From contig NC_068988.1 in assembly GCF_001194135.2 (NCBI RefSeq), positions 62,618,754 through 62,670,141 of the forward strand: DNA of 51,388 nucleotides, read 5' to 3'. Made by a program: the position numbers and the translations under genes. Numbering within the stretch: position 1 is the stretch's first letter; the number at the start of each line of letters is the position of its first letter. The notes beneath the pieces were generated by a model, which saw nothing but the letters and a program-made list of their open reading frames with translations, was not told the DNA's origin and did not search any database. This document shows positions 1-13,048 of this stretch, one piece after another. The stretch is from Octopus bimaculoides (Eukaryota).

Positions 1-33
1 GTAATATAAAATTTTAAACACATGGATTCGTTT

Positions 34-87
34 GATTGGTCGTTTCAAATAACGGTCATGGATTGGTCGTTTCAATTAACGGTCATG
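34..87. repeat. 27-bp direct tandem duplication (GATTGGTCGTTTCAA(A/T)TAACGGTCATG x2)
   Basis: 34-60 and 61-87 differ at one position. Confidence 0.9.
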
Positions 88-189
88 GATGCGTAATGCA
101 CAGACCAAATAAATTTAATACAGATTCATCCTATTAAAAAAAATATCGAAGAAAACCTTAAATAGAAAAATGGGCTCAAAATACATATT

Positions 190-1722
190 GTAAATAATTA
201 ATTATATTCGAATTAACGCATAAAAATCAAATCAATAAAATAAAGTATACGCTGCATTCAAAATAAAATAAAATAAAATAAAATAAAATTACAATAGCGT
301 GTACGTATACAAGGCTATCCATATCATATATATATCTATATATAAATATATACATCGAAATACACAGTTGCATACGCACAGACAATCTACGTATATAGGC
401 CTATATTTACAAGGCACAGATATATACATAAGTACAAACCTACACACATACACACACACGCATTTAAGTTTGCGCGTGAAAAACCTATGCGCTGGTAATG
501 AAAATTGTATCTTAAGCTATGGAGTGAAGGGGTAACGAGTAACGTATCTATAATAACGTTAAATATGGGAAAGGGGGTGGCGGGGGAATGTAGTTGTCAT
601 AAAAAGGAAAAGAATAAGGAAAGAGAATAAATAAAGAAAGAAATGGAAAAAAGAAAGATAGCAAAGGAAGAAAAGAGAGAGAAAGGCTGGTAATAGGAAG
701 GAAGAAGTAGAGAGAGAAAATAATATAGATGCATGTATGTATAAATACATATAAGCATATACTCTTACCATGTATACACAAAAAAACGTACACGCATGAA
801 ATCATATGAATACGTAAGTGTTGTAACTATAGTTACAACACTTACGTAATCATATACATGTACCTGCGCTTACATATAGGGCCTGGGTTTGCACTTGTGC
901 ATATGCTGTTATGATTTCGTGCGTGTACGTTTTTTTGTGTATACACGGTAAGGGCATATGCTTGTGTTTATTTATACATACATGCATCTATATTGTTATA
1001 TGTGCGTATGTGCGATTAGGTTCACACTCACATATACTTGTATGTATACATACGCATGTATAAGGTTATGATCGTAAGTATTTGCGTACATATCAACATA
1101 TGTAACTATATACGTGATGCTATATACATTTTTGTATACGTATATATGCGCAATCTAAATTTTATGCACGTTTACTATATGTTCTTGCTTATTTTCTCTC
1201 TCTACTTCTTCCTTCCTATAACCAGCCTTTCTCTCTCTTTTCTTCCTTTGCTATCTTTCTTTTTTCCATTTCTTTCTTTATTTATTCTCTTTCTTTATTA
1301 TTTTCCTTTTTATGACAACTACATTCCCCCGCCACCCCCTTTCCCATATTTAACGTTATTATAGATACGTTACTCTTTACCCATCCACTCCATAGCTTAA
1401 GATACAATCATCGTTACCAGCGCATAGGTTTTTCACGCGCAAACTTAAATGCGTGTGTGTGTATGTGTGTAGATTTGTACTTATGTATATATCTGTGCCT
1501 TGTAAATATAGGCCTATATACGTAGATTGTCTGTGCGTATGCAACTGTGTATTTCGATGTATATATTTATATATAGATATATATATGTTGTGGATAGCCT
1601 TGCATACGTACACGCTATTGTAATTTTATTTTATTTTATTTTATTTTATTTTGAATGCAGCGTATACTTTATTTTATTGATTTGATTTTTATGCGTTAAT
1701 TCGAATATAATTAATTATTTAC
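190..1722. repeat. Long inverted repeat / foldback structure: arms 190-723 and 1189-1722, inner arms 722-806 and 910-994; right end runs into an N gap
   Basis: Reverse complement of 1189-1722 matches 190-723 with about 13 mismatches in ~534 bp; inner arms have 7 mismatches in ~85 bp; ORF track gives near-identical peptides on opposite strands. Confidence 0.95.
811..848. repeat. Perfect 38-bp palindrome (extends to 804-855 with one mismatched pair)
   Basis: TACGTAAGTGTTGTAACTATAGTTACAACACTTACGTA is its own reverse complement. Confidence 0.97.
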
Positions 1723-2155
1723 NNNNNNNNNNNNNNNNNNNNNNNNNNNNNNNNNNNNNNNNNNNNNNNNNNNNNNNNNNNNNNNNNNNNNNNNNNNNNN
1801 NNNNNNNNNNNNNNNNNNNNNNNNNNNNNNNNNNNNNNNNNNNNNNNNNNNNNNNNNNNNNNNNNNNNNNNNNNNNNNNNNNNNNNNNNNNNNNNNNNNN
1901 NNNNNNNNNNNNNNNNNNNNNNNNNNNNNNNNNNNNNNNNNNNNNNNNNNNNNNNNNNNNNNNNNNNNNNNNNNNNNNNNNNNNNNNNNNNNNNNNNNNN
2001 NNNNNNNNNNNNNNNNNNNNNNNNNNNNNNNNNNNNNNNNNNNNNNNNNNNNNNNNNNNNNNNNNNNNNNNNNNNNNNNNNNNNNNNNNNNNNNNNNNNN
2101 NNNNNNNNNNNNNNNNNNNNNNNNNNNNNNNNNNNNNNNNNNNNNNNNNNNNNNN

Positions 2156-2194
<39 letters not shown>

Positions 2195-2675
2195 ACGCAT
2201 AGGTGTGTACAAATATCCGCATGTAGGTATGTATGAATGAGGATATTTATAACCTTTATGACAAATCTATATCATTATTTCTCCAACCATCTGCGTCTAC
2301 AGCAAATTTATTTCAATAGCCAGAAGCGTTGAAAATTATATGTGATTTAACATGCAGATGCATTGAACACGGGCTTGCTATGTAAATACATATACACATG
2401 CACAAACAGCCACTTGTACTGGAAGCTATATGCACAAGAAAATATGCGAAAGTGGAAGATATCCAAACAAGCAGTATAGCGAGAGAAGTGAGTTTTACAG
2501 TGCAGCATGTCACAATAACTTTAAAACCAAATGTAACGAATATTCAGCGTTGCAAATAGTTAAATATTTTAACTCATTAATAAATATTGCAAACAAATAA
2601 TTGACTAACACTAAATAGAAACACAAATTCAGAATTATATTTAAGTGAATAGGCTAATACGAGTAGGTCTGATGC

Positions 2676-2711
<36 letters not shown>

Positions 2712-2835
2712 ATATCTCCATCTATCTACGCATGTTTGTAACATGCTTTATATTACACATACGAGAACAGAAATTTTAAGGAAAGTGTTAATCGGTTTCG
2801 TTTTCTCCAGTACTGAGCAGTGAGTTATTTCAGCA

Positions 2836-2958
2836 ACCCGAAATGATAAAATGCAAACATCGAACTCATCGGAATTTGAACTCAAATCGTAAGGATAGAT
2901 AAAGTGCTGAAAGAGTATTATTATCCGACACGCTAACAATTCTGCCAGCTGGCAGAAT
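2836..2958 (-). mobile_element. Degenerate tRNA-derived SINE (family B) ending in a 20-bp palindrome
   Basis: Similar to copies at 24497-24617 and 24741-24906; B-box-like GTTCAAATTCC on minus strand; palindrome ATTCTGCCAGCTGGCAGAAT at 2939-2958. Confidence 0.75.
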
Positions 2959-3478
2959 CTAGTTAAAGGTGATAACACTTTGTAGTCATCAAAATATATG
3001 CATCAAAGACTCCTCTGTCCGGGAATTTGACATTGATCAACGTTGCCATTACTCACACCAAATTCAAGTTTAATAATATCATTATTTCTAATGAGTTCTT
3101 GTAATTATAATAGCGCACAATCTTACTCTAATCAGTTTAGATGTGATGGATACTTTCAAAGTACATTATTAATATGAATTTTATCAACTCCAGTATGATG
3201 AACAAGAATTTGTTTAGGATACTATTATGGACCTCACGAATAATGTTGATGTATTGAGTGCAAATCAGTTTTATCATAATAATATTTCTCATTCTGTAAT
3301 TGATATGAGGTGACGTCAGTAAGGTATGCGTCTAAATTTGGATTAATATCAACAAAAAGTTTTATCAGAGAATATTAAAATTTATATGTGTCTGTATCTG
3401 TGCCCGTGTATTTGTGTTACAGAAAGCCACTATCACTTACAAATAATGGTTTCAGAAGATATCATAACAAATTCAAAC

Positions 3479-3621
3479 GTGCATGGTTTACTTCCCAACC
3501 ACATGGTTCTGCGTTCAGTCCCACTGCCTGGCACCTTGGGTAATTGTCTTCTATTTTATAGCCTCGGGCGACTAAAGCCCAGTGAGGGAATTTCGTAGAC
3601 GGAAACTAGAAGAGATCCGTC

Positions 3622-3653
<32 letters not shown>

Positions 3654-4056
3654 NNNNNNNNNNNNNNNNNNNNNNNNNNNNNNNNNNNNNNNNNNTATAT
3701 ATACATATAGATATAGATATATATATATACATACATACATATATATATATATATATTGTTAAAGAGGACAACAAACGTTAAGGCAAGGCAAATATTTCAA
3801 GTCGTATACATTATTATTATTGGAAAAATTCTAAATTCTAAAAATTCAGTCTTACAGTTGTTTCTGGGATATCCTCGTGTGTGGGATAACATGCAATAAT
3901 CGAGTGGATTACTGTATTTATGTATTTGTGTGTGTGTTTGTGTGTGTCGCCCCACCATCGCTTGGCAACCGATACTGCTGTGTTTATGCCCTCGTAAACT
4001 GGTGGTTCAGCAAAAGAGACCGATAGAATAAGTATTTCGCTTACAAATAATAAATC
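3479..4056 (+). mobile_element. tRNA-derived SINE (family A), head 3479-3623 and tail 3927-4056, interrupted by (TA)n, a gap and a foreign fragment
   Basis: B-box-like GTTCAGTCCC; GTAGACGGAAACT...CCGTCGTATATA and CAGCAAAAGAGACCGATAGAATAAGTA motifs shared with the 7343-7785 copy. Confidence 0.8.
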
Positions 4057-5302
4057 ATGGCTTGCTTGATAATGACAATATCATCCAATTTATGTGATGT
4101 CATCGGTTATATATTTTTTACCAAAATATATGCATCGAAGATTCATCTGTTCTGGAAGTTGACATAGATCAAGGTTGCCATTACTATTAGCAAATTCAAA
4201 CGCAATAACATTGAACGGACTGGCAGGTAAGATTTTTGGGTATACTGCATAGAAAGCATAGTGTGAAAAGTAAATACTGCTGTCTTGTCAATAACTGATG
4301 AAGCAGAAAGTTTACGTGCTATGTTAATACTTTATAATTCAAATGGTAATTAATCACGAAGGAAAATAGGCGCCCTCCCTTTCCGTATGTGTACAAGTGA
4401 GTGCACTATACAGAGCTGTGTAATTTTATCTCAAACAGCGTCGTACAATGTTTGGCTGTTTTTGATAGAAACTTATTTAGTAAAGTGCATAATATTGCTT
4501 AGCTCTAAATCTTCAGTATTCTGTTTAAGAGTCTTGACAATGACAATATCATCCAATTTATGTCACGGCAGTGGTTATTTATTTTTCAATGGAAAGTGTG
4601 TTTGTTGTAAGCCTCTGCTTAAATGAAAGTGTGGCGCTCTGGATCAATCTTTACCGCAAATGTATTACATCAAGAGAAATGTTTAACGCTGGGTCATTTG
4701 CTTAAGTTAAAACTAGTATTAGACTGATGTATTCTCTTTCTTTTTCTAGATAGCTGTGATGATCAGACGTAAGCTCATCTTCCATTTTTTCGTTTAGTAG
4801 CTGCCTTTTCACGCCGAAGTAGTGAATTATTTACGGAAATCGAAAACCGATATGTTACTTCAAATGTATCTACTTTCCTTGTGGTGGCCGTCTATAAGTT
4901 AACTCAGTTTCACAATGCTTCAGATAGTCTATAATACTCTAATACATGTACAAAACACTTACACACACACACGCAAGCACACACACACACAAACACACTC
5001 GCTGATACACATACATACGCACATTTGTATATAACAATTATATATGACTAAAATCACACTCAAGCCCTCACACATTCACACACAGACACTCATATACAGA
5101 ATCACACATGCACACAAACACAAATACACACGTTTGTGTGTGTGTGTGTGTGTGTATGTGTGTATAAATATATATAAATATAGTGTGTGAGAGAGAGAGA
5201 GAGAGGGGGAAAGAGAGAAAGAGAGAAAGAATGTGAGGAAGAGACGTGTCCGTTTAGATGTATAAAATATTATTCAAAGTTGGACCAAAATTTGAAATCA
5301 GC

Positions 5303-5337
<35 letters not shown>

Positions 5338-5339
5338 CA

Positions 5340-5438
<99 letters not shown>

Positions 5439-5450
5439 ACAGTAGTAGTA
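5303..5450. repeat. Compound trinucleotide microsatellite (TTA/TCA)n-(GTA)n
   Basis: Direct reading; explains the poly-L/V and poly-I/S ORFs. Confidence 0.97.
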
Positions 5451-7342
5451 GGAGCTAGCAGAATTGTAAGGGAATTGTAAGTGGGTGAAAATGCTGAGCA
5501 GTATTCCTTGGGGCTCTTTACATTCTGAGTATAAATAACAGCGATGTCATTTTTTACCTTTCCTCATTTTGAGTTCAATAATGTAAAGAACAGGTTGAGA
5601 ACTGTCGCTCGATATAATCGGCTAGACACTTCCGTCTAAATTGCTGGCTTACTGCCAAAATCTGAAATAATAATTGTTGTTGTTCATGTTGCTATTGTTG
5701 CTTTTGCCGTTATCTATTCTCTTTTTGATGTGTTTGTGCTTTTCCGATGAACTGTAGAACTTATTTTCTATAGAGCAATACAATACGTGGAGATATTCTG
5801 ACATTTGAACTGTGATGTAATATACCAATAATCACTCATTAGCACGCCAAAGTATAGTAATTTCTATCTACTTAAATTTGCAACTGATGAAGTTTTAAGA
5901 AAGAAACTGTCTATTGTCTAATTACGTTTCGTAATGACAGAGCTCATTCAAAAACATATTATGATATGCTAGATGAGTCAAAGAAACCGAAATTATATAT
6001 TATAATTACTTTCTTGGAAAAGGCTAAAAATCAGAGTAAACGAAATTGCAGTCATATCTCAGCAGTATATATAGGTAGCTTCTATTGTGAGTGCACACGA
6101 GCAGAGATGATTGTAGCAAATGCTCATTAAATATTTAAAGTGAGACACCATATGTTTCTCTATACGGAAATCAACGAGCAGAACTAAAATGTTAATCTGA
6201 AGTAGATACATTTAACAAACTATTAAGGAAAGTAGAATGCAATGAAAATCTCATTACTGATGCTTTAAACTACGTAATTAGAGCTAAATTGCCAGTGAAT
6301 AAATAATACAAATCCCTATTGAAAGCATAAAGGTACACACAATTGAATTATCTTGCGTTTCAGTGGCACGTATCTGAGAAGATAAATGACATATTCTAAA
6401 ATGCATTCTAATGAAACTAATAAAAACTTACGAAAATAACGCGTATGCACAATAATGAATGTCTTATTAAGCAAGTTCGTTTCTTAAAGCTTAGAACAAA
6501 TTAACGTTGGGAAATATTGATGAAGTATTTGGGAATATGATGCATTTAATCTCTGCTCATGTAACATCTAACGACTGTTAGTAAGAAATTTGAAGTTAAT
6601 CATCCAATTTTTGAAGTAAAATATTCTACACTTGTCGCAACTTATATTCAAATATATAAAATGTAGTTTGGAATTGAATATCTTTGCAAACTTTCGTAAT
6701 CAGTAGATGGGTAAAACAAACACAAGGGGGAAATATTTCATATAAAATTAAATAAAAACACTATTATATATGGTACATTCAGAAATCTTGCAAATACGAA
6801 ATTACACTATAAATTTATGCATAGACACACACACGCACATGCGCGTACACACAGACACATCCATTACCCCACCACACACACACACACAAACACATGCACG
6901 CGCACACACACACTTTCCAATATATATATGTTTATATATCTATATACATATACATATATATATATATATATANNNNNNNNNNNNNNNNNNNNNNNNNNNN
7001 NNNNNNNNNNNNNNNNNNNNNNNNNNNNNNNNNNNNNNNNNNNNNNNNNNNNNNNNNNNNNNNNNNNNNNNNNNNNNNNNNNNNNNNNNNNNNNNNNNNN
7101 NNNNNNNNNNNNNNNNNNNNNNNNNNNNNNNNNNNNNNNNNGATGGGGAAGATAACTTCCCTTGGCAAATACAGACAGGACACAGATATGTGTCGATAGC
7201 CAGCTGGAGGAGATGTCCTCCTGGGGCTAAAAGCAACAGTAACATCGGGGTCAGCCACATTTAAGTGGCAAATATACTTCACTTTATCGTGCAGTTACTG
7301 TTAATACCTCATTCAGAGATTTAACATTGCTTATATATATAT

Positions 7343-7785
7343 ATTCTCTTTTACTCTTTTACTTGTTTCAGTCTTTTGACTGTGGCCATGGTGGAGCACC
7401 GCCTTTAGTCGAGCAAATCGACCCCAAGACTTATTCTTTGGAAGCCTAGTACTTATTCTATCGGTCTCTTTTGCCGAACTGCTAAGTTACGGGGACATAA
7501 ACACACCAGCATCGGTTGTCAACCGATGTTGGGAGGACAAACACAGACCACATACACACATACAAATATATATACATATATACGACAGGCTTCTTTCACT
7601 TTCCGTCTACCAAATACACTCACAAGGCTTTGGTCGACCTGAGGCTATAGTAGANNNNNNNNNNCACTCACAAGGCTTTGGTCGACCTGAGGCTATAGTA
7701 GAAGACACTTGCCCAAGGTGCCACGCAGTGGGACTGAACCCGGGACGATGTGCTTGGTAAGCAAGTTACTTACCACACAGCCACT
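7343..7785 (-). mobile_element. Near full-length tRNA-derived SINE (family A)
   Basis: Minus strand starts GTGGCTGTGTGGTAAG (A-box-like), GGTTCAGTCCC (B-box-like), central (TA/CA) tract, tail ...CAGTCAAAAGACTGAAACAAGTAAAAGAGTAAAAGAG. Confidence 0.92.
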
Positions 7786-8374
7786 GTGTGTGTGTTTGTG
7801 TGTGTGTGTGCGTGTGTGTGTGTGTGTGTGTGTAATATATTTTCACATCGAACTCGGACACTTGGTGAAGAGCACACTTGGATAAACCGCGCGTGGAGTC
7901 ACACACACACACATACACATATTGCACAGTTCATCATTGAAGAAGCAACAGAATCTTTTCAACTCATTTCTTCAGTAAAATCTTCTCTTTCTGATGGAAA
8001 TAAACCTGAAGTATTAGAGATTTGTCGTCATGTAATACCAAATGGTTACTTCCATGCGAACGAATATTTTCATAGCGATGAAAAGCAGTTCCTCGACAAT
8101 ATACTTGTAGCTACTATTTGATATTTGATGAGGCAGAACACTATAGCATGTGTAAAGTTTAGCAACTTAAACAAATATTTTGTTTATGAAGGCAGTAGCA
8201 AGATCAAGGTGGGCATTACATTAAATGTGTACTTTGACCCAAAATATAATATTTTAAAGATACCGACACATGTGATGGTGTTTGCTATTCTAAACCTTTT
8301 GATGTTAGGTGAAATTATTAGATTTCCGATATGAATGTTATACCTTAATATTTGTACACTAGAATATAAATATT

Positions 8375-8415
<41 letters not shown>

Positions 8416-10694
8416 CAGGCTGCGACAGAATGAAGACATCGGCAATTGGATTGACAGTAGTACAGTTACGAAGAGAATAATTGCGTCTTTATGTCACAGA
8501 TGGGTTGCTGTATATTTTGATTTGTCACGTCTTTGGGGGCTGCCGCAAGCTGTGCGTATGCGGTTGAATCGTTTATAAAGAATGGTGAACCTGGCAGCAT
8601 TTTACTGCATGCTGTACCTAAGTCCGACATACACACATACATTATTCTTATATAATTCATATTGTCTCTACACCACGTGTTCAGGTATATTTTGCAGTTT
8701 TTATTGATTTATGCCGGTAACGATGCAATGAGCAATACCTAAATATATGGTCAAAATCTCTTGTACATTTTCGGTATCAGTTGGTTATGTTCTTTGTTAG
8801 TTTTAAACCTTATTCAATATTATCGACATCATTGACACCAAAACCGTATTTTGGGTTTGGGGATTTTCTAAAATTACACATTTAAATGGAATTATGCAAT
8901 TTATTGATATAATATATTCGTTTTGTAACTCTCGCAACTACATCCTCAAAGATTCATACTGAAAACCGTGGCAATTCTCTTCTGTCCTCTTGCTTATGAT
9001 TTAAATTAAATTTACTTTCAACATTGGCCCACAATATGGTAAAACTTACAGATGCTTAAATCCATTCCTTTTTTGAACTGTGTTTAATTTTATCGAAACT
9101 TGGAGAAAGGCAAACATAACATCTATGCAATTTGAACCCGAAAATGTAACTTATGTCGCAAAAATTGCATGGTATTTTAGCCATTACTTTAACTCGTCTG
9201 CCAATCAACTGTCTTTAATACAATATTTACTAGGATTCATTTATTTATTATCGTCAGGCAAGTTTTAAATATTAAATTTGAAATTAATTCTTGTATTAAA
9301 TTTCTTTACAAACTTAAATAAGAAGATTAGAAGTTTATTCTCTTCTTATTTCTCTTTATCATGTGATCAAAATTATTTTGTTCATGATAGTATAATCCAC
9401 AGACACGTGAAACAGCCTTTCTGTCGCGCGTTAAACAAAATAGAAATGATTGTAGTCCATGTAAAAATTCGTGTTACATAATCTTTATTATAAAGGAAAT
9501 TATGGAATGAATTTCATATACATATTGTTTCGTACATCGGCCTACTCTACCACCCAATACTTTGTCTTCTGCTCTCGTGCCCCAATTTTATCCTTCAGTA
9601 GTCTCCTACATTTTATATTTTGTCCCCCTCTAATCCATTTAACCTAACTTTCTTCCAGCAAATTTAACACTCCGAGAGTTCGGTGAACGCCAGTTTTTAC
9701 TAACAGTTTTTGATATGCAGTTTTTCAAAGAGACCACCTACAGCGATTTCAATGATTAGTGAATCTCGTCGTTTTAACAAGCACATAGCATAATAACTCG
9801 AACACATTATATGGCTTTAGATTCAACTAAGCTGTGAAAAATACTTGAGATAAAATATGTTTAATTACTCGAAAAATCTTTGCCGGTATTCTTTTTTTAA
9901 TTTTCTAAAACAGAAATATTTTATAGGAAAACCAGTAAATTAGAAATTCAAACTGATTATGCCTTCCCACGTATCGGAAAATTTGGATATCGATTGCAAC
10001 ATATTAGTTTTGCGCTGTATGAATAGACGCTTAGCATATGACTACATATAGTAGACATCTTACGTGTGTTATGTGTTAAGAACACAAGACACACACGAAC
10101 AGTACTTTAAAAATAAAGAAAGAAAAAGAGAACAGAAGCATGTTGTCACACATTTATTTAATTTATCCCCTCCATTCACCCTGGATATTAAAGAAATATT
10201 ATCATGGATAATAATTTTGAGCTAGATCTATGATAAAGTCCATTTTAGAGCACCAAGCTTAATCGTCAATTCGTCAGTTATGTCAACCCTAGCACAAATT
10301 TCGGTGTAGTAGCTATTTTTTTATCAGTACCATTAACAATAGAATCGTTAAGTTGATGAATTTTAAAAAGAGAGACGTTATTCGCATACACATGTCTACA
10401 TGTGTGTCTGAGAAAGGCAGACATCCCCACAGCTTCAGTTATCGATCAAATACAGACAGCAAAATGCATTTTAGCAGTATGGATCTCAATGGAGTCGCAG
10501 CTGGAACCATCTGTATGGAAATCGATCTTCATAACCGAATAGCATTGTTTCTCTCCGTGACAGTAAGTGAAAAATGTTTAGAACAAAAGAATACTTAAAG
10601 AATTTACTACAATTAATTAGGAAGTAAGATTTTAAATAATTTAATTTTAAAATGTCATTGTTATCAGTATGAAAAAATAGCAAAATAGGCGCAA

Positions 10695-11232
10695 ACGTGG
10701 TTGTGTGATAAAAAACCTTGCTTCCTGATTTAGTCCCACTTCGTGGCATATTGGACGTGTGTCTTCTCCTATAACATCGGGTCGAGCAAAGCTTTGTGAC
10801 TGCATTTGTTTGACGGAAGCCAGTCGTGTATATATATATATATATATATNNNNNNNNNNNNNNNNNNNNNNNNNNNNNNNNNNNNNNNNNNNNNNNNNNN
10901 NNNNNNNNNNNNNNNNNNNNNNNNNNNNNNNNNNNNNNNNNNNNNNNNNNNNNNNNNNNNNNNNNNNNNNNNNNNNNNNNNNNNNNNTATATATATATAT
11001 ATATGTATATAGGGATATTTAAACGTGTATGTCAGTGTTTGTGTCTATCTTTGTCCTCACACCAGCAGCGATTGACAACAAGTGTTGGCGTGCTTACTCC
11101 ACGTACCTTAGCAAGTTCGGCAAAACAGTACAAGGCTTTAAGAAAATAAGTCCTGGGATAGATTTGTTGGACTAAAACCCTTCATGGCAGTTCCCCAGCA
11201 TGGCAGCAGTCAAAACTCTGGAAAAGTAAAAG
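10695..11232 (+). mobile_element. Degenerate SINE family A with gap in its central (TA)n tract
   Basis: Head GTGGTTGTGTGATAA...AGTCCCACT; tail GAAAATAAGTCCTGGG...CCAGCATGGCAGCAGTCAAA...GTAAAAGAATA. Confidence 0.8.
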
Positions 11233-11318
11233 AATACAGAATATGTACTAAACATAGAAACCTTCACATTTGGAATCAAATTCGATTCGTGAAACAGAAC
11301 AGTTGTAATCATCGACAG

Positions 11319-11707
11319 GTGTGGCTGTGTGGTCAGACGCTTGCTTTCCAATCACACGGTTCTGGGTTCACCTGCGCTCTGGAAACGTGGCCAGGTGCCT
11401 TCTAGTATAGCTTCAGGCCGACCAAAACTTTGTGAGTGGATTTGGGGAGATAGAACCTGAAAGAACTCACCGTGTGTATGTGTGTGTGTATCTCCTCCAC
11501 TACCGCTTGACAAACGGTGTCAGTGTGTGTTTACGTTTCCGTAAATTAGAGGTTCGGCAAAAGATCCCGGTAGAATAAATACCAGGCTTTTAAAAATAAA
11601 GTATTGGTGTCGATGCATTCGGCTAAAAATTCTACACGGCAGTGACACAGCATGGCCGCAGTCTAAAGACTGACACAAGTAAATCTGTATAAGAATAAAA
11701 GAATAAA
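11319..11707 (+). mobile_element. SINE family A copy directly downstream of the previous one, same orientation
   Basis: GTGGCTGTGTGGTCAG...GGGTTCACC head; CAGCATGGCCGCAGTC...GACTGACACAAGTAAA tail. Confidence 0.85.
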
Positions 11708-12533
11708 GGAAAAACCACTGGTAGAACGGTCATACACAGATATCAATGATTTATGCAATGTTTGTTAACTGTTTAGATGACTACATGTATTTTATAATTA
11801 TACTTATATAAATTACACGCCCAACTGCACGAAAGTTTCTTCATTGTTAGATTTTAGAAGAAATGTTATTTACATATGTGTGTACGTATATGCGAGTGTC
11901 TACATATATGTATATACACACAGGCATGAATACACACACAGACAAACACATACATATAATCATATGTGTCTGTATGTGTATGTATATGTATATGTATAAG
12001 TGTATGCATGAATGTATGTTAAATTAATTGTGTATACGGATAAGTAAGCGACTCAGTCGGCAGAATCGATACAGGAGTATGTTTACATAAAACATTTCAT
12101 ACTAGCTTTTTTCCTTAAATAACTTTTCATTTTTCTTTTTTTTTTCTTTTCTTTTGGTCTCTTACTTGTAGATTTCTTAAGAAAACAGTTTAATTCAATA
12201 TTAATTCCTTGGAAGATAATTACTGTCCTTTATAAAATAAATCCAGTTCGTCTTCGAGAAACAATAGTGCAATAACCATCAAATACATGATTTAGAGTAA
12301 ATCAGGTCATCCTTATATTTATAAGAAATGAAAAACAGAAAAGCATATAATGCGGCATAATTGGGTATATTGTTTGCGAAAGTAGGTGGCTAATATTCCT
12401 TGAATGCTACACAATATTCTTACTAAAACATTTTCATGTATTTTAAGTTTATTCTTATTCGCTTTCTGCTCTCAGTATCTGAGTCTTACTCTCATACTTT
12501 ATACACACCGTCAGACACACACATATTCATATA

Positions 12534-12566
<33 letters not shown>

Positions 12567-12981
12567 NNNNNNNNNNNNNNNNNNNNNNNNNNNNNNNNNN
12601 NNNNNNNNNNNNNNNNNNNNNNNNNNNNNNNNNNNNNNNNNNNNNNNNNNNNNNNNNNNNNNNNNNNNNNNNNNNNNNNNNNNNNNNNNNNNNNNNNNNN
12701 NNNNNNNNNNNNNNNNNNNNNNNNNNNNNNNNNNNNNNNNNNNNNNNNNNNNNNNNNNNNNNNNNNNNNNNNNNNNNNNNNNNNNNNNNNNNNNNNNNNN
12801 NNNNNNNNNNNNNNNNNNNNNNNNNNNNNNNNNNNNNNNNNNNNNNNNNNNNNNNNNNNNNNNNNNNNNNNNNNNNNNNNNNNNNNNNNNNNNNNNNNNN
12901 NNNNNNNNNNNNNNNNNNNNNNNNNNNNNNNNNNNNNNNNNNNNNNNNNNNNNNNNNNNNNNNNNNNNNNNNNNNNNNNNN

Positions 12982-13048
<67 letters not shown>

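Noticed and set aside
5883-5935. CTGATGA...GAAAC resembling a hammerhead core
   Set aside because: No convincing stem I or stem II pairing; expected by chance in AT-rich DNA
7616-7700. Exact ~37-bp direct repeat on both sides of a short N gap inside a SINE
   Set aside because: Typical unmerged contig overlap; assembly artefact
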